Positions 49,522 through 59,192 of a DNA stretch of 64,000 bases are shown piece after piece. The notes below the pieces were generated by a model. The model ran no database searches and had not been told where the DNA came from. It was given only the letters and a program-made list of their open reading frames with translations. The stretch is from Trueperaceae bacterium. GTDB taxonomy: Bacteria > Deinococcota > Deinococci > Deinococcales > Trueperaceae. The stretch's first letter is position 1. Each line of letters begins with the position of its first letter. The DNA lies in contig OZ243956.1 in the NCBI GenBank assembly GCA_965214405.1, positions 544,001 through 608,000 of the forward strand. Reading direction: 5' to 3'. A program made the position numbers and the translations under genes.

Positions 49522-50417
49522 CTCCTGTGACCGTCCGCGTCCCCGCGACGAGCGCCAACTTGGGACCCGGTTTTGATTGTCTCGGCCTGGCGGTGGGGCT
49601 GTGGCTCGAGGTCTCAGTGGGTCCCGCACCCCATGACGGCCTCTCCTACCGGGGTGAGGGCAACGTACCCGACACACCCGACAGCCTCATCCACCAGGGC
49701 TTCCGCTCCGTCTATCGCTCGCTCGGGCAGCCCCCGCCGACGGTTCACTTTGCGGTGGACAACCCCATCCCGCTCGCTCGCGGCCTCGGCTCTTCCTCGG
49801 CGGCGCTCGTTGCCGGGACGGCTTTGGCCGACGCCGCGCTTGGGAGCGTGCTGGGCCGCGACGGGGTTTTTGAGCTCACCGCCAAGATGGAGGGTCACCC
49901 GGACAACGTGGCCCCGGCGGTTTACGGCGGCTTTACGGTGTCGGCGTCTACGCCGGGCGGCTACCTTTGCGAGAGCTTGAACGTCCCCGAAAGCTGGACC
50001 TTTCTTTTTGCCGTGCCCGACTTCGAACTCTTGACGAGCGAATCGCGGGCGGTGCTGCCCGCGCTCTACGCTCGAGGCGACGCCGTCTTCAACGCCTCAC
50101 GTAGCGCCCTGTGGACCGCGGCGGTGGCGCTTGATAAACCTGAACTGTTACGCGTCGCGGCGCAAGACGCCCTCCACGAGCCCTACCGCGAGGGTCTCAT
50201 CCCCGGTTTTGCCGCTCTCCGGGAGCGGCTGCGGGAGGCGGGCGTGCCCGCTTATCTGTCGGGCGCGGGGCCGACGCTGGGGGCGGTGTGTACGGACGCT
50301 AAGGCAGTTCGGCACTGTGAAAAGCTTATGCGCGCCTTTGTGGGGGAGCGGGGGCAAGTGCTCGAGCTTCAAGCGAGCGAAGGGTACAACTTTGGTGCAA
50401 GCGTCGAAGAAACCTGA
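49518..50417 (+). CDS. thrB: Homoserine kinase
   Basis: PATSANLGPGFD, PLARGLGSS, EGHPDN, SGAGPT. Confidence 0.96.
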   Translation: MTPVTVRVPATSANLGPGFDCLGLAVGLWLEVSVGPAPHDGLSYRGEGNVPDTPDSLIHQGFRSVYRSLGQPPPTVHFAVDNPIPLARGLGSSSAALVAGTALADAALGSVLGRDGVFELTAKMEGHPDNVAPAVYGGFTVSASTPGGYLCESLNVPESWTFLFAVPDFELLTSESRAVLPALYARGDAVFNASRSALWTAAVALDKPELLRVAAQDALHEPYREGLIPGFAALRERLREAGVPAYLSGAGPTLGAVCTDAKAVRHCEKLMRAFVGERGQVLELQASEGYNFGASVEET

Positions 50418-50435
50418 AAAGCGTCCGCGTAAGCG

Positions 50436-51563
50436 CTACTTGACTGCCCGCAATACTTTGAAACGCGCGTCCGTCGCCAGCATCTCCCATCTTGTCCAAG
50501 AACCAAGTTCGCGTTCGTAGGGGAGCGCCTTGTTCGCCACCAAGGTGAGCGTGCCGCCGGGTTCCAAATATTTGTGCGCCGCCGCCAGAAAGGCTCGAGG
50601 CAGCCCCAGCCGCACCCCCTTGCCCACGTGAAAAGGCGGGTTCATCAGCACCGCGTCGAAGCGTTCGTCTTTGAGTTCGGAATCCACATCCGAATGCAGC
50701 GCGCGCACGTCCAGCCCGTACGTTTTCGCGTTGCGGTAGGTGCTACGCACCGCGAGCAAATCGTCATCGAGCGCGGTCACCTCGGCTCCTGCCAGGGAAA
50801 CTTTGAGCGCGAGGATGCCGTAGCCGCAACCCAAGTCGAGGACGCGCTTACCCGCCACCTCCGAAAAATCCACCACGTCCAAAAAGAGCGCCGTGCCGGG
50901 ATCGAGCTTGCCCGCGGCGAACACGCCGGGTAGAGCTTCCAAACGCAAGCCTCCCCCTTCAAACGGCGTGGGCTCCACGTTGGGCGCGTCCGGGGTGCGC
51001 TTTACCACCCTCGAGAGCCGCCAGCCGCTGCTTTTGGCGAGGGGCTCGAGCCCTCTAAAAAGCCGCGCCGCCTCCTTTTCATAGCGTTTCCCACCACTGT
51101 CTTTGTGCATAAGTAGGTAAGCCGTCCCACCTGGTTCTAACGCGGCGTGCGCGCCCGCAAGCTCCGCCAACACGCGCGCCGTGCCGCGGTCGGTGGCGGG
51201 CATGAGCACGAGGTGTTCGGCGGCCCCCTTCGGCGCGTCCCAGGGCGCGCCCGCCGCCACATGAACGGCAGGGTCGTCGGCAAAGGTCGTCAGCGCGCAG
51301 CGCAGAGCCGCGCGGGAGGTCTCGAGGACCACCCCCCCCTCCACCTCGCCGCACTCGAGCGCTCTCAACAAGGCAAAGCCCGCGCTCCCGCTCACGTCCG
51401 TGAGTTCGTCCGCCGAAAAACGCGTTCTGCGTAGCGTCTCCCCCAACCCCGGCGGGAGGTCCGGGTAACCGCGGACGCCCGCCTTGGTGTAGAAGGTCGC
51501 CGTTGCCAAGGGGCGGGGCTCGAGCGCGTGATAAGCCGTAAGAACATCGTCGGTCACCCCCAC
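50436..51563 (-). CDS. RsmC-like class I SAM methyltransferase
   Basis: PGVFAAGKLDPGT, LDLGCGYG, NPPFH; start may be GTG at 51557. Confidence 0.88.
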   Translation of the reverse strand: MGVTDDVLTAYHALEPRPLATATFYTKAGVRGYPDLPPGLGETLRRTRFSADELTDVSGSAGFALLRALECGEVEGGVVLETSRAALRCALTTFADDPAVHVAAGAPWDAPKGAAEHLVLMPATDRGTARVLAELAGAHAALEPGGTAYLLMHKDSGGKRYEKEAARLFRGLEPLAKSSGWRLSRVVKRTPDAPNVEPTPFEGGGLRLEALPGVFAAGKLDPGTALFLDVVDFSEVAGKRVLDLGCGYGILALKVSLAGAEVTALDDDLLAVRSTYRNAKTYGLDVRALHSDVDSELKDERFDAVLMNPPFHVGKGVRLGLPRAFLAAAHKYLEPGGTLTLVANKALPYERELGSWTRWEMLATDARFKVLRAVK

Positions 51564-51600
51564 AGTCTATAGGACTTGAGGAGGATGTTACCGTTAGGGA

Positions 51601-52629
51601 ATGATTATCTTGGGCATCGACACCTCGTGCGACGACACGGGCGTGGGCCTGGTCAAAGACAGGCGCGTCGTCGCCAACGTCGTCGCCTCGCAGACGGCGC
51701 TCCACGCGCCTTTTGGCGGCGTCATGCCCGAGGCGGCGAGCCGCGAGCATCTGGCGGTCATCGACGAGGCGGTCACAAAGGCGCTAGAAGAGGCGGGCGT
51801 GGGACTCGACGACGTGACGGCGGTGGCGGCGACCTACGGCCCCGGTCTCGTCGGCGCGCTCCTCGTGGGTCTCAGTTACGCCAAAACGCTCGCCTGGGCT
51901 CGAGGGCTTCCCTTTGTGCCGGTGCATCACTTAGAGGGCCATATTGCTTCTGTTCTCGGGACATCTGTTTTTGAGACATCTGCTGAAGGTGAGGAAGTCA
52001 CGCCGCCTTTCGTGTGCCTTATCGCTTCGGGCGGTCATACGAGTTTATTTGAGGTGCCGCTCTGGGGGGAATATCATGAGCTAGGCCGCAGCCGCGACGA
52101 CGCGGCGGGCGAGGCGTTTGACAAGGTCGCGCGGCTTCTGGGCCTCCCCTATCCGGGCGGCCCGGCGCTGAGCAAGCTGGCGGAGAAGGGCGACCCGGAA
52201 ACTTTCGCGTTCACGCCGCCCTTGCGGGGGCAGACGGGTTTCGACTTTTCGTTTAGCGGTCTCAAGACGGCGGTGTCCGTCTTGTTGCAACGGCAGCCGG
52301 ACGCTACTAAAGCCGACGTCGCCGCCTCTTTCGAGCGCGTGGCGGTCGAGAGTCTGGTGGAGGTGACGCGGCGGGCGGTGGAGGCTACGGGCTACACCAC
52401 GCTAGTCGTCGCCGGGGGCGTGGCGGCCAACCGGCGGCTGCGGGCGCGGTTCGCGGATATAGAAAGGGAGACGGGCCTGCGCACCGTGTTCCCGCCCCTC
52501 CAGCTCGCCACCGACAACGGCGCAATGATTGCGCTTGCGGCGGGGAGGCGGTTGGGGGAGGCTTCAAATGCGTGGGACCGGGACGCCGTTCCCTACCTGC
52601 CCCTCGCCGCAGCCAAGGCCGCCTCGTAA
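51601..52629 (+). CDS. tsaD: tRNA t6A synthase TsaD
   Basis: GIDTSCDDT, HHLEGH, SGGHT, GEAFDK, TDNGAMI. Confidence 0.96.
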   Translation: MIILGIDTSCDDTGVGLVKDRRVVANVVASQTALHAPFGGVMPEAASREHLAVIDEAVTKALEEAGVGLDDVTAVAATYGPGLVGALLVGLSYAKTLAWARGLPFVPVHHLEGHIASVLGTSVFETSAEGEEVTPPFVCLIASGGHTSLFEVPLWGEYHELGRSRDDAAGEAFDKVARLLGLPYPGGPALSKLAEKGDPETFAFTPPLRGQTGFDFSFSGLKTAVSVLLQRQPDATKADVAASFERVAVESLVEVTRRAVEATGYTTLVVAGGVAANRRLRARFADIERETGLRTVFPPLQLATDNGAMIALAAGRRLGEASNAWDRDAVPYLPLAAAKAAS

Positions 52630-53726
52630 ACTTTTTCATAAAGCGGCGTCACCTGGGTTTCGCTAAACGTCTCGAGCGCCCGCCGCCGCGCCGCCTCTGC
52701 AAATTTTTGGTGAAGCGCTCCGTCGGTAAGTAGTGTTACCGCCGCCTCCGCCATCCCGTTCGCGTCACCCAGCTCGCACAAGATACCCGTCTCACCGTCC
52801 ACGACCACTTCGGGCAGCCCGCCCACGCGGCTCGCCACCACCGGCACGCCGCTCGCCATCGCCTCTAAAGCTGCCAAGCCAAACGACTCCTGCGAACTCG
52901 GCAGCAAAAAGAGGTCACTTACCGCCAAAAGCTCCTCGATACGCGGGAACGACCCCAAAAAAGAGACGCGCCCGCCTAAGCCGAGTTCAGCGGCCAGCGC
53001 CACCGCCGCGGGGCGATCAGGGCCGTCGCCAATCATCAGCAGGCGCGCGCCCACTTTTGCCACGCGTTCAAAAATACGTACCACGTCCTGGGTGCGCTTG
53101 ACAGGCCGGAAGTTGGACACATGCACGACCAGCCGCTCGTCCGGGTGCGCGTAACGCAAGCGAAGCTCCGGCAACGCTCTGGGCCTGAAACGCGTGTGGT
53201 CCACCATGTTGGGAACGACGCGAACATCCTGCGCCACCCCCATCTCGTTGACTGTATAGTCCGCCAGGTAGCGACTCACCGCGGTCACCACGTCGGAACG
53301 CTCGATGGAATACTGCGTCGTGCGTAAGTAAGCGCGGTCTAAGCCGACCAAGGTTACGTCGGTGCCGTGGAGCGTCGTGACCACCACGGGCGGCGCGCAC
53401 CGCACCATGTCGCGCGCCATCACCGCCGCCGCCGCGTGGGGAATCGCGTAGTGCGCGTGAACGAGGTCGATGCGAAACTCCTCAACCACCTCGGCCAGCT
53501 TGGACGCCTCCGCCAGCGTGGTCAAGGGCGCGTCGAACAGCGGATACGTCATGCTGCCCACCTGATGAAAGTAAATGTTGGGTTGCCCCATCTCGGTCAA
53601 CCGAAAGGGCACCCGGTCGGCGACAAAGTGAACGTTGTGACCCCGCGCCGCGAACCGCAGCCCCAACTCGGTCGCCACCACGCCGCTCCCCCCCGCCCCG
53701 CCGTGAAGCAGTACGGCGATGTTCAC
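52593..53726 (-). CDS. bshA: N-acetyl-alpha-D-glucosaminyl L-malate synthase
   Basis: GGSGVVATELG, HAHYAIPH, TTLHGTD, SNFRPVKR, ESFGLAALE. Confidence 0.95.
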   Translation of the reverse strand: MNIAVLLHGGAGGSGVVATELGLRFAARGHNVHFVADRVPFRLTEMGQPNIYFHQVGSMTYPLFDAPLTTLAEASKLAEVVEEFRIDLVHAHYAIPHAAAAVMARDMVRCAPPVVVTTLHGTDVTLVGLDRAYLRTTQYSIERSDVVTAVSRYLADYTVNEMGVAQDVRVVPNMVDHTRFRPRALPELRLRYAHPDERLVVHVSNFRPVKRTQDVVRIFERVAKVGARLLMIGDGPDRPAAVALAAELGLGGRVSFLGSFPRIEELLAVSDLFLLPSSQESFGLAALEAMASGVPVVASRVGGLPEVVVDGETGILCELGDANGMAEAAVTLLTDGALHQKFAEAARRRALETFSETQVTPLYEKVYEAALAAARGR

Positions 53727-53778
53727 CGCTGCGTTTCCTTAGTTGGCCGCATGTGCTCTCCTCAACTGAGAAGTGGAT

Positions 53779-53830
53779 AGTGGTGAGTGATGAGTAAAAG
53801 CTAACCACTACCCGCTCATCACTCGCCACT
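53779..53830. repeat. 16-bp imperfect inverted repeat between divergent bshA and degV
   Basis: AGTGGTGAGTGATGAG ... CTCATCACTCGCCACT. Confidence 0.6.
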
Positions 53831-53889
53831 GCCTCACCGAGTGGCCTTTATCCTAGTCAAACCCGCGCCCGAAAGCCCATACTTTGGTC

Positions 53890-54774
53890 ATGGTAGGCGT
53901 TGTGACCGACTCGAGCTGTGACCTTCCCGCCGCCACGCTCCTGCGCTTGGGCGTCGCCGCCGCGCCGCTTTTGGTGACGGTAGCGGGAACGGTCTACCGC
54001 GAGCGCGACTTGGACCCTTTTCAACTTTACGGGTGGATGCGTAAAGGCGGCGTACTGCCGCAGACGAGCCCGCCGGAGGTGGGGGATTTTGTCTCGGTTT
54101 ATGAGCGCTACCTGCGCGCCTACGATGAGGTCGTATCAATTCACCTTTCACAGGGGCTTTCAGACACGCTTTTGCGTGCTCGAGAGGCGGCGGCGCATCT
54201 TGACGCAGGAGACCGGATTCGTTTTTTAGACTCCGGGAGCGCGAGCGCCGGACTCGCCGAGGTGGTGATGGCGGCGAGCGCGGCGGCCTCGGCGGGCGCG
54301 GCGGGTCTGGAGGTCGTGAGGGCGGCGGAAGGGGTTAAAGAAACGCTTTACTGCCTCCTCGTCCCCCGTTCGCGGCGGTGGCTCGCCAAGGACGGGAGCC
54401 GAAGCAAGGTGCGGGGGCTGGCGGGTAGGCTCCGCGGTACAAAGCCCGTCATGACGTTTCAAGCGGGCGAACTTGCAGACGACGCGCCCTTGCCGCGGGG
54501 TGCGCTGGCTGAGGGTCTCGCTGCGAGGCTTAACAAGCATTTCGGGAGCGAACCCCTCCACTTGGCGCTCGGTTTTGCGGGCGACCGCGAAAGCTTGGAA
54601 GCAGTTAAAACGGAGCTCGAGGCCTCACTCACCATCCACAGGGGCCGCGTGCAGCTCATCGGCGCAGCGCTGGGCGCACGCTTAGGACCCGGCACGCTCA
54701 TGGCGTGTGCCTACCCTGCTCCTCTCACGAACGTCCACGGCGAACCCGCGCACGTTCAGGCAGTGCCCGTCTAA
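53890..54774 (+). CDS. DegV / FakB family fatty-acid-binding protein
   Basis: VVTDSSCDLP, PQTSPP, SIHLSQGLS, LGPGTL. Confidence 0.88.
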   Translation: MVGVVTDSSCDLPAATLLRLGVAAAPLLVTVAGTVYRERDLDPFQLYGWMRKGGVLPQTSPPEVGDFVSVYERYLRAYDEVVSIHLSQGLSDTLLRAREAAAHLDAGDRIRFLDSGSASAGLAEVVMAASAAASAGAAGLEVVRAAEGVKETLYCLLVPRSRRWLAKDGSRSKVRGLAGRLRGTKPVMTFQAGELADDAPLPRGALAEGLAARLNKHFGSEPLHLALGFAGDRESLEAVKTELEASLTIHRGRVQLIGAALGARLGPGTLMACAYPAPLTNVHGEPAHVQAVPV

Positions 54775-54833
54775 TGCAAACTGTCCCGGAAGCGACTAAA
54801 CTCTAACGTAACGACAGGGCTAAAATGACTATA

Positions 54834-55724
54834 ATGCCACCCGTAAAACATCTCCCCACGCTCACGAACGCCCCCTTTAGAGACACCGAGCGCACCAAGC
54901 TCGCCGTCAACTACTCCCCGCAGGCCGCCACGTTGCGACTCTCCGGCGACCTCCCCATCGACCTCTACAAATGCCCCGACTGGCCCGACCTCATAGGGGA
55001 GGCGACGGGTGAGGATAGGGCGCAGCCCGTTTATGTCCACTTCCCGCTCGTGGCCGGAGACGGAAGTTTGGAGAACGTGGACTGGCCGCGCGTGGCGCGC
55101 CTGCTTGACGAAACTCACACGCCTTTCGTCAATCTGCATCTGGCCCCGCACGCCAAAACGTTTCAGGGCGACCCGGAGAGCGCCGCCGCCCGCGAGAGGG
55201 TTCTCGGCGCGCTCCGCAAAGAGATTGAGGGAGTGGGCGCGCGTTTCGGTGCTGAGCGCGTCATCCTCGAGAACGTGCCCTACTACGGCGAAGAGGGCGA
55301 CAGGCTGAGGCTCGGCGTCCTTCCCGAAACCGTCACCGGGCTCGTTCACGATACGGGCTGCGGCTTTCTCTTCGACCTCTCGCACGCCCGCATCAGCGCG
55401 CATTATTTGGGCGTGGACGAAAAGGACTACATCGCGGCCCTGCCACTGGACAAGTTGCGCGAGCTTCACATCACAGGCGTCCAAATGCACGAGGGGCGGC
55501 TGCGCGACCATCTGCCGCTTACCGAGAACGATTGGGAGGCGACCGCGTGGGCCTTCGCGCACATTCATAGGGGCGCGTGGGCGCGTCCGGGTGTGGTGGC
55601 GCTCGAGTACGGCGGTATCGGCCCCACCTTCGAGTGGCGCAGCGACAAGGGTGTGTTGGCCGAGCAGGTGCCCCGCCTTTGCACCCTCGTTCACGCCGAG
55701 GCGAAAAGCCGAGAAACTGTTTGA
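54834..55724 (+). CDS. DUF692 family protein (MNIO-like multinuclear iron enzyme)
   Basis: TIM-barrel metal ligands VHFP, NLHL, ILENVP, FDLSHA, ELHITG, RDH, LEYG; start 54825 or 54834. Confidence 0.8.
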   Translation: MPPVKHLPTLTNAPFRDTERTKLAVNYSPQAATLRLSGDLPIDLYKCPDWPDLIGEATGEDRAQPVYVHFPLVAGDGSLENVDWPRVARLLDETHTPFVNLHLAPHAKTFQGDPESAAARERVLGALRKEIEGVGARFGAERVILENVPYYGEEGDRLRLGVLPETVTGLVHDTGCGFLFDLSHARISAHYLGVDEKDYIAALPLDKLRELHITGVQMHEGRLRDHLPLTENDWEATAWAFAHIHRGAWARPGVVALEYGGIGPTFEWRSDKGVLAEQVPRLCTLVHAEAKSRETV

Positions 55725-55880
55725 CGCTTGTTGTTGAGACAGTTCAGTTTCGTACGAAGTGTTACAAATATCCTCCTTTTGCAACCTTCTGAATACTGAC
55801 TGCTGACTGTTCACCATCTACACAGCAAGACCTGTGTTAAGCAGCGCCGGACGTTGCCAGACATTGGTAAACCCAACTTG

Positions 55881-56441
55881 CTACCGCACCCGCCCCCACA
55901 GCCCCGACAAGTACATTTTCTGGGTGATAATCCCCTGCACCTCTCCCTCACGCATCACAATCACCAGCGGCTCGCGCGCTAACAGCGAGCGCAAATCGGT
56001 CACGGCCACGCCGCCGTCGACCTTGGCGAGTTCGTCCCAGGACGAGATGCGCTCGCGCCGCACCCCGGTCACGCCGATGGGCACGCCGTTCTCTTCAACG
56101 ATGACGATGCGGTTTTCCATAAGCGTGTGGAGCGTCGAGGTGGCCTCGACCACGGGCACATCCGCAGCGGCGCGGGCCGCGGTGGGAGGCGCTAAAAAGC
56201 CAAAGGACAAGAGCAGCGGGCTGGGCACGCCGAGCCCGTTACGGATGTAAAGAAGGCCGAACGAGTAGGCGACGATAAAGATTGAGCCCTCGAGCAGCCC
56301 AATCACATTGACCTCGCCAAAGTCGAGCCTTCCTTCGCGCCGAAAGAGCAGGTGCAGCGCGAACGAGAGCACGAGCGCGAACGAGAGCGCGGCGAGCGCG
56401 CCCAAAAAGGCCGCCAGACGCAGTTGACCGGGCCTACGCAT
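55881..56441 (-). CDS. Membrane protein with a degenerate CBS-like C-terminus
   Basis: Two TM helices, then IVIVEENGVPIGV and VIVMREGEVQGII; TGATG coupling. Confidence 0.6.
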   Translation of the reverse strand: MRRPGQLRLAAFLGALAALSFALVLSFALHLLFRREGRLDFGEVNVIGLLEGSIFIVAYSFGLLYIRNGLGVPSPLLLSFGFLAPPTAARAAADVPVVEATSTLHTLMENRIVIVEENGVPIGVTGVRRERISSWDELAKVDGGVAVTDLRSLLAREPLVIVMREGEVQGIITQKMYLSGLWGRVR

Positions 56442-57298
56442 CAGGCGGACCCTGAGGTGACGGGGCTGGGGTCGGTGGCAACGAGGGCGCTAAGATGTTC
56501 AGGCTTATCCACGTCCGCGCCTAATGCCGCGTGGGGCGTGACAAGCGCGCGCACGGGTCCCTGAAGAAGATGGCTCACGCGGCGCTCGAGCACCGCCAGC
56601 GGCAAGCGTCCCGTAACGAACTGGAGCAAAATACCCGGCCCGATAAGCGCCGCCAACGCCAGCGGGTTTTTGCGCGCCCGGTAGGCGCGGTCCACAAAAG
56701 GCAGCAGCGTCGGCACCATGCCGGGCCGCAGCACGATGAGGTTGCCTCCCGTAAAGGTGCCTTCTCTAAACCTCGCGTAGGTGCGCTTTTGGCCCGGAAA
56801 CTGCGCCTCTGCCGTTGCTTTAGCCACGACGGGGTAAAGAAGCGCCGCTGTATTCGCAGCGTCAGCAGAAAGCGCGTGGTCCACGGCCTCCGCGGTGAGC
56901 CAGGGCAAATCTGCCGAGACCGCCAAAAGTCGCCCTTGGGGCAGCTTTTGGCGGTCTGCGACGGCGAGGGCGGCCTCCAACCCCCCTCGCAGACTGTCGG
57001 CCATCCCTTTGCCGGGCGCGACCACACAGTCAACGTAGGGCGCAAAAAGGGGGTTGGGTTCGCCAACATAAACGACGTGGGTGATGTAAGGGCTCTCCCG
57101 CAGCGCCTCGAGCACGTAAAGCCCCAGCGGTTTACCGCGAAAGGGCACGAGCGCCTTGGACGCCACCCCCGCGTGCGCCGCCAACGCGCTCCTGCCGCCG
57201 CCTAAAACCACCGCAACAACGTTTGAGGTGACGACGTTTGAGGTGACCGCTTCCGAAGGTGCCACAGCCTTCTCCGAATGTGAGGGTTCGCTATCCAT
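56441..57298 (-). CDS. MobA-like NTP transferase
   Basis: VVLGGG...SKALVP, SADLP, TFTGGN, ADVDKPE. Confidence 0.85.
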   Translation of the reverse strand: MDSEPSHSEKAVAPSEAVTSNVVTSNVVAVVLGGGRSALAAHAGVASKALVPFRGKPLGLYVLEALRESPYITHVVYVGEPNPLFAPYVDCVVAPGKGMADSLRGGLEAALAVADRQKLPQGRLLAVSADLPWLTAEAVDHALSADAANTAALLYPVVAKATAEAQFPGQKRTYARFREGTFTGGNLIVLRPGMVPTLLPFVDRAYRARKNPLALAALIGPGILLQFVTGRLPLAVLERRVSHLLQGPVRALVTPHAALGADVDKPEHLSALVATDPSPVTSGSA

Positions 57299-57510
57299 GT
57301 AGAGCTCATCATATGACGTTTGCGCGCGCCGCGCGGTGGCAACGCGCAAACGCATACGCAAAGGAGGAGCGGGGGTTTGAGACGCTTCGGCTCGAGCGGC
57401 AGCAAGACAGACGCTTTCTGCGCGACCAGTCGCCCTGTAGAGAAGCACTGTAGAGAACTCGAGCAGTGACCATAGGTACAAGCAGTGACCACAAACACAA
57501 GAGGACACGG

Positions 57511-57543
57511 AAAAAAGCCTGGACAGAAAAACCTGCCCAGGCT
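57511..57543 (-). terminator. Terminator of the PEGA gene
   Basis: AGCCTGG...CCAGGCT stem with a T-run on the minus strand. Confidence 0.6.
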
Positions 57544-57568
57544 CGAGGGGTGTGAGAACGCTAAAAAG

Positions 57569-58810
57569 TCAGAGACGCGACTGCGACACGCGCACCTGCG
57601 TCGTCTGACCGCCGCCGATTTCAAAAGAGCGCACGACGGTGTTAAAGCCCGGCGCGACCACGACGAGCTCGTGCGTACCTGTCGGAAGATCGTCAAAAGT
57701 CAGGCGGCCCGACCCGTTGGGAACGGTGCCGACCATCTCGCCGTTGATAAAAACCTGAGCGCCGCCGACGTTGGCCTGAATCTGCACGGAGCCGACTTGC
57801 GGCTGGAGGCTCGCCTGGACCGTCTGGCGGCCTCCGCGGTTGACCGAAAAGGTGGTGGTGGTGTCGTCATAACCCGGTAAAGAAAAGCGGGCGGTGTAGG
57901 CACCCTCGTTCAAGGTCACGTTGCCCGTGGGCGTGGTGCCGACGAGCGAGCCGTTGACGTAGACGTCCGCGCCCTGCGGCTGGCTCCGGAAAGAAGCCGA
58001 GCCCGTCCTAGGAACCGCGTTAAGCACCGCGTCCACGCTCGTTCTGGCCCCGCCGCTCAAGCTGATGGTGGTCTCGAAAGTCTCGTAGTCATTACGCTCG
58101 ACGCGGATGGTGTGCTGTCCTCTACGGGTGCCAAAACGCACCGGCGTGTACCCAACAAACGACCCGTCCACGTACGCCGCCGCGCCACTTGGGTTAGACG
58201 TAATGCTGATGGTCCCGTAGGCCGGGACGCTGGGACGTGTACCCACATAAAAGATGGCCGTATCCGTGACCCAATCCTCTTGCGCGATGGGGCTCACCAC
58301 GATGGACAAGGTTTGCGCGAACGAGTCCTCGCCCTGTTCGCTCACCGAGAAGTCGCCCGCCCGAGAAAAACCTCTTAGGGTGCTCAGGTCCAGCGGGTTT
58401 CTGCTGGCGACCGCAATCACTTTGTCCAAGCCTTGCGGCCCCGCCACGTCAAAGGTGTAGCGCGCGTCTCTGGGCGGAAAGTAGCGCGTCGCGCCTCCGC
58501 TGACGAAGTTGTTGCTGCCGTCGGCTAAGCCGTTAGGCAAAATCTGCTCGATGGTGCCGTCCGAGTGAACGCTAAAAAGGTAGACGTAGGCGTCTTCGGA
58601 CACGCTCACGCCGACGCGGATGCTCTCGCCGATGTTATAGACGGGCGCGGCGTCACCCGAGGTGTCTTTGTCAGTGAACACCTGCACGTCAAAAGAGGGT
58701 GAGGGGTTGACGACGATCGACTGCGGGCTGATGACGACGTTGTCTTGGGCAAAAACCGTGCCGAGGAGTCCCAAAGTAGCGATAAGTAAAGCGGCTGCAC
58801 TAATTTTCAT
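57569..58810 (-). CDS. DUF4384 + PEGA-domain envelope/S-layer-like protein
   Basis: Signal peptide; ISPQSIVVNP; YNIGE...AYVYLF; three PEGA repeats. Confidence 0.85.
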   Translation of the reverse strand: MKISAAALLIATLGLLGTVFAQDNVVISPQSIVVNPSPSFDVQVFTDKDTSGDAAPVYNIGESIRVGVSVSEDAYVYLFSVHSDGTIEQILPNGLADGSNNFVSGGATRYFPPRDARYTFDVAGPQGLDKVIAVASRNPLDLSTLRGFSRAGDFSVSEQGEDSFAQTLSIVVSPIAQEDWVTDTAIFYVGTRPSVPAYGTISITSNPSGAAAYVDGSFVGYTPVRFGTRRGQHTIRVERNDYETFETTISLSGGARTSVDAVLNAVPRTGSASFRSQPQGADVYVNGSLVGTTPTGNVTLNEGAYTARFSLPGYDDTTTTFSVNRGGRQTVQASLQPQVGSVQIQANVGGAQVFINGEMVGTVPNGSGRLTFDDLPTGTHELVVVAPGFNTVVRSFEIGGGQTTQVRVSQSRL

Positions 58811-59068
58811 ATCACTCCTTTCATGGGGGAAAGCGTAGCACAGCCCTTCTCATGAAGGTGTGTAAGAAATAAACTTCTCTTCACGCCCCGCCGCCTCACC
58901 CCACCGACTGTTAAATACTCCACACGCGCCTCACCAGCCCCTCGAGAGGTCAACGCAGAATTCAACACAGAAGCGACCATGACCCCCGCCTAAAGAATCT
59001 CCGCGCCCTTTCTCACGCGCGGCTAAGCTGCGCCTCTCATGATGGAAGGGTGCCCCGCAGGGCCACGC

Positions 59069-59141
59069 TTCAGGTACGTTTCAGGCTAAGTCAAAGTTAT
59101 GTTAAAGCTACGTCAAAGCTACGTCAGAGCTTGCGTCAAGA
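59069..59141 (+). repeat. Direct repeats with ~11-bp period upstream of the LolA-like gene
   Basis: TTCAGG at 59069 and 59080; GTCAAAG/GTTAAAG/GTCAGAG at 59090, 59101, 59112, 59123; GTCAAG at 59135. Confidence 0.7.
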
Positions 59142-59192
59142 CCCGCGCGAGTAAAAAACCCGGTGTAGACTAAAGTTCGACAAAGGAGTTTC

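Noticed and set aside
54771..55817. 348-aa minus-strand ORF and an AGGAGG near 55772 as a possible DUF692 partner or precursor
   Set aside because: Antisense to DUF692 with no motifs; the SD-like sequence is followed by TTG TAA only
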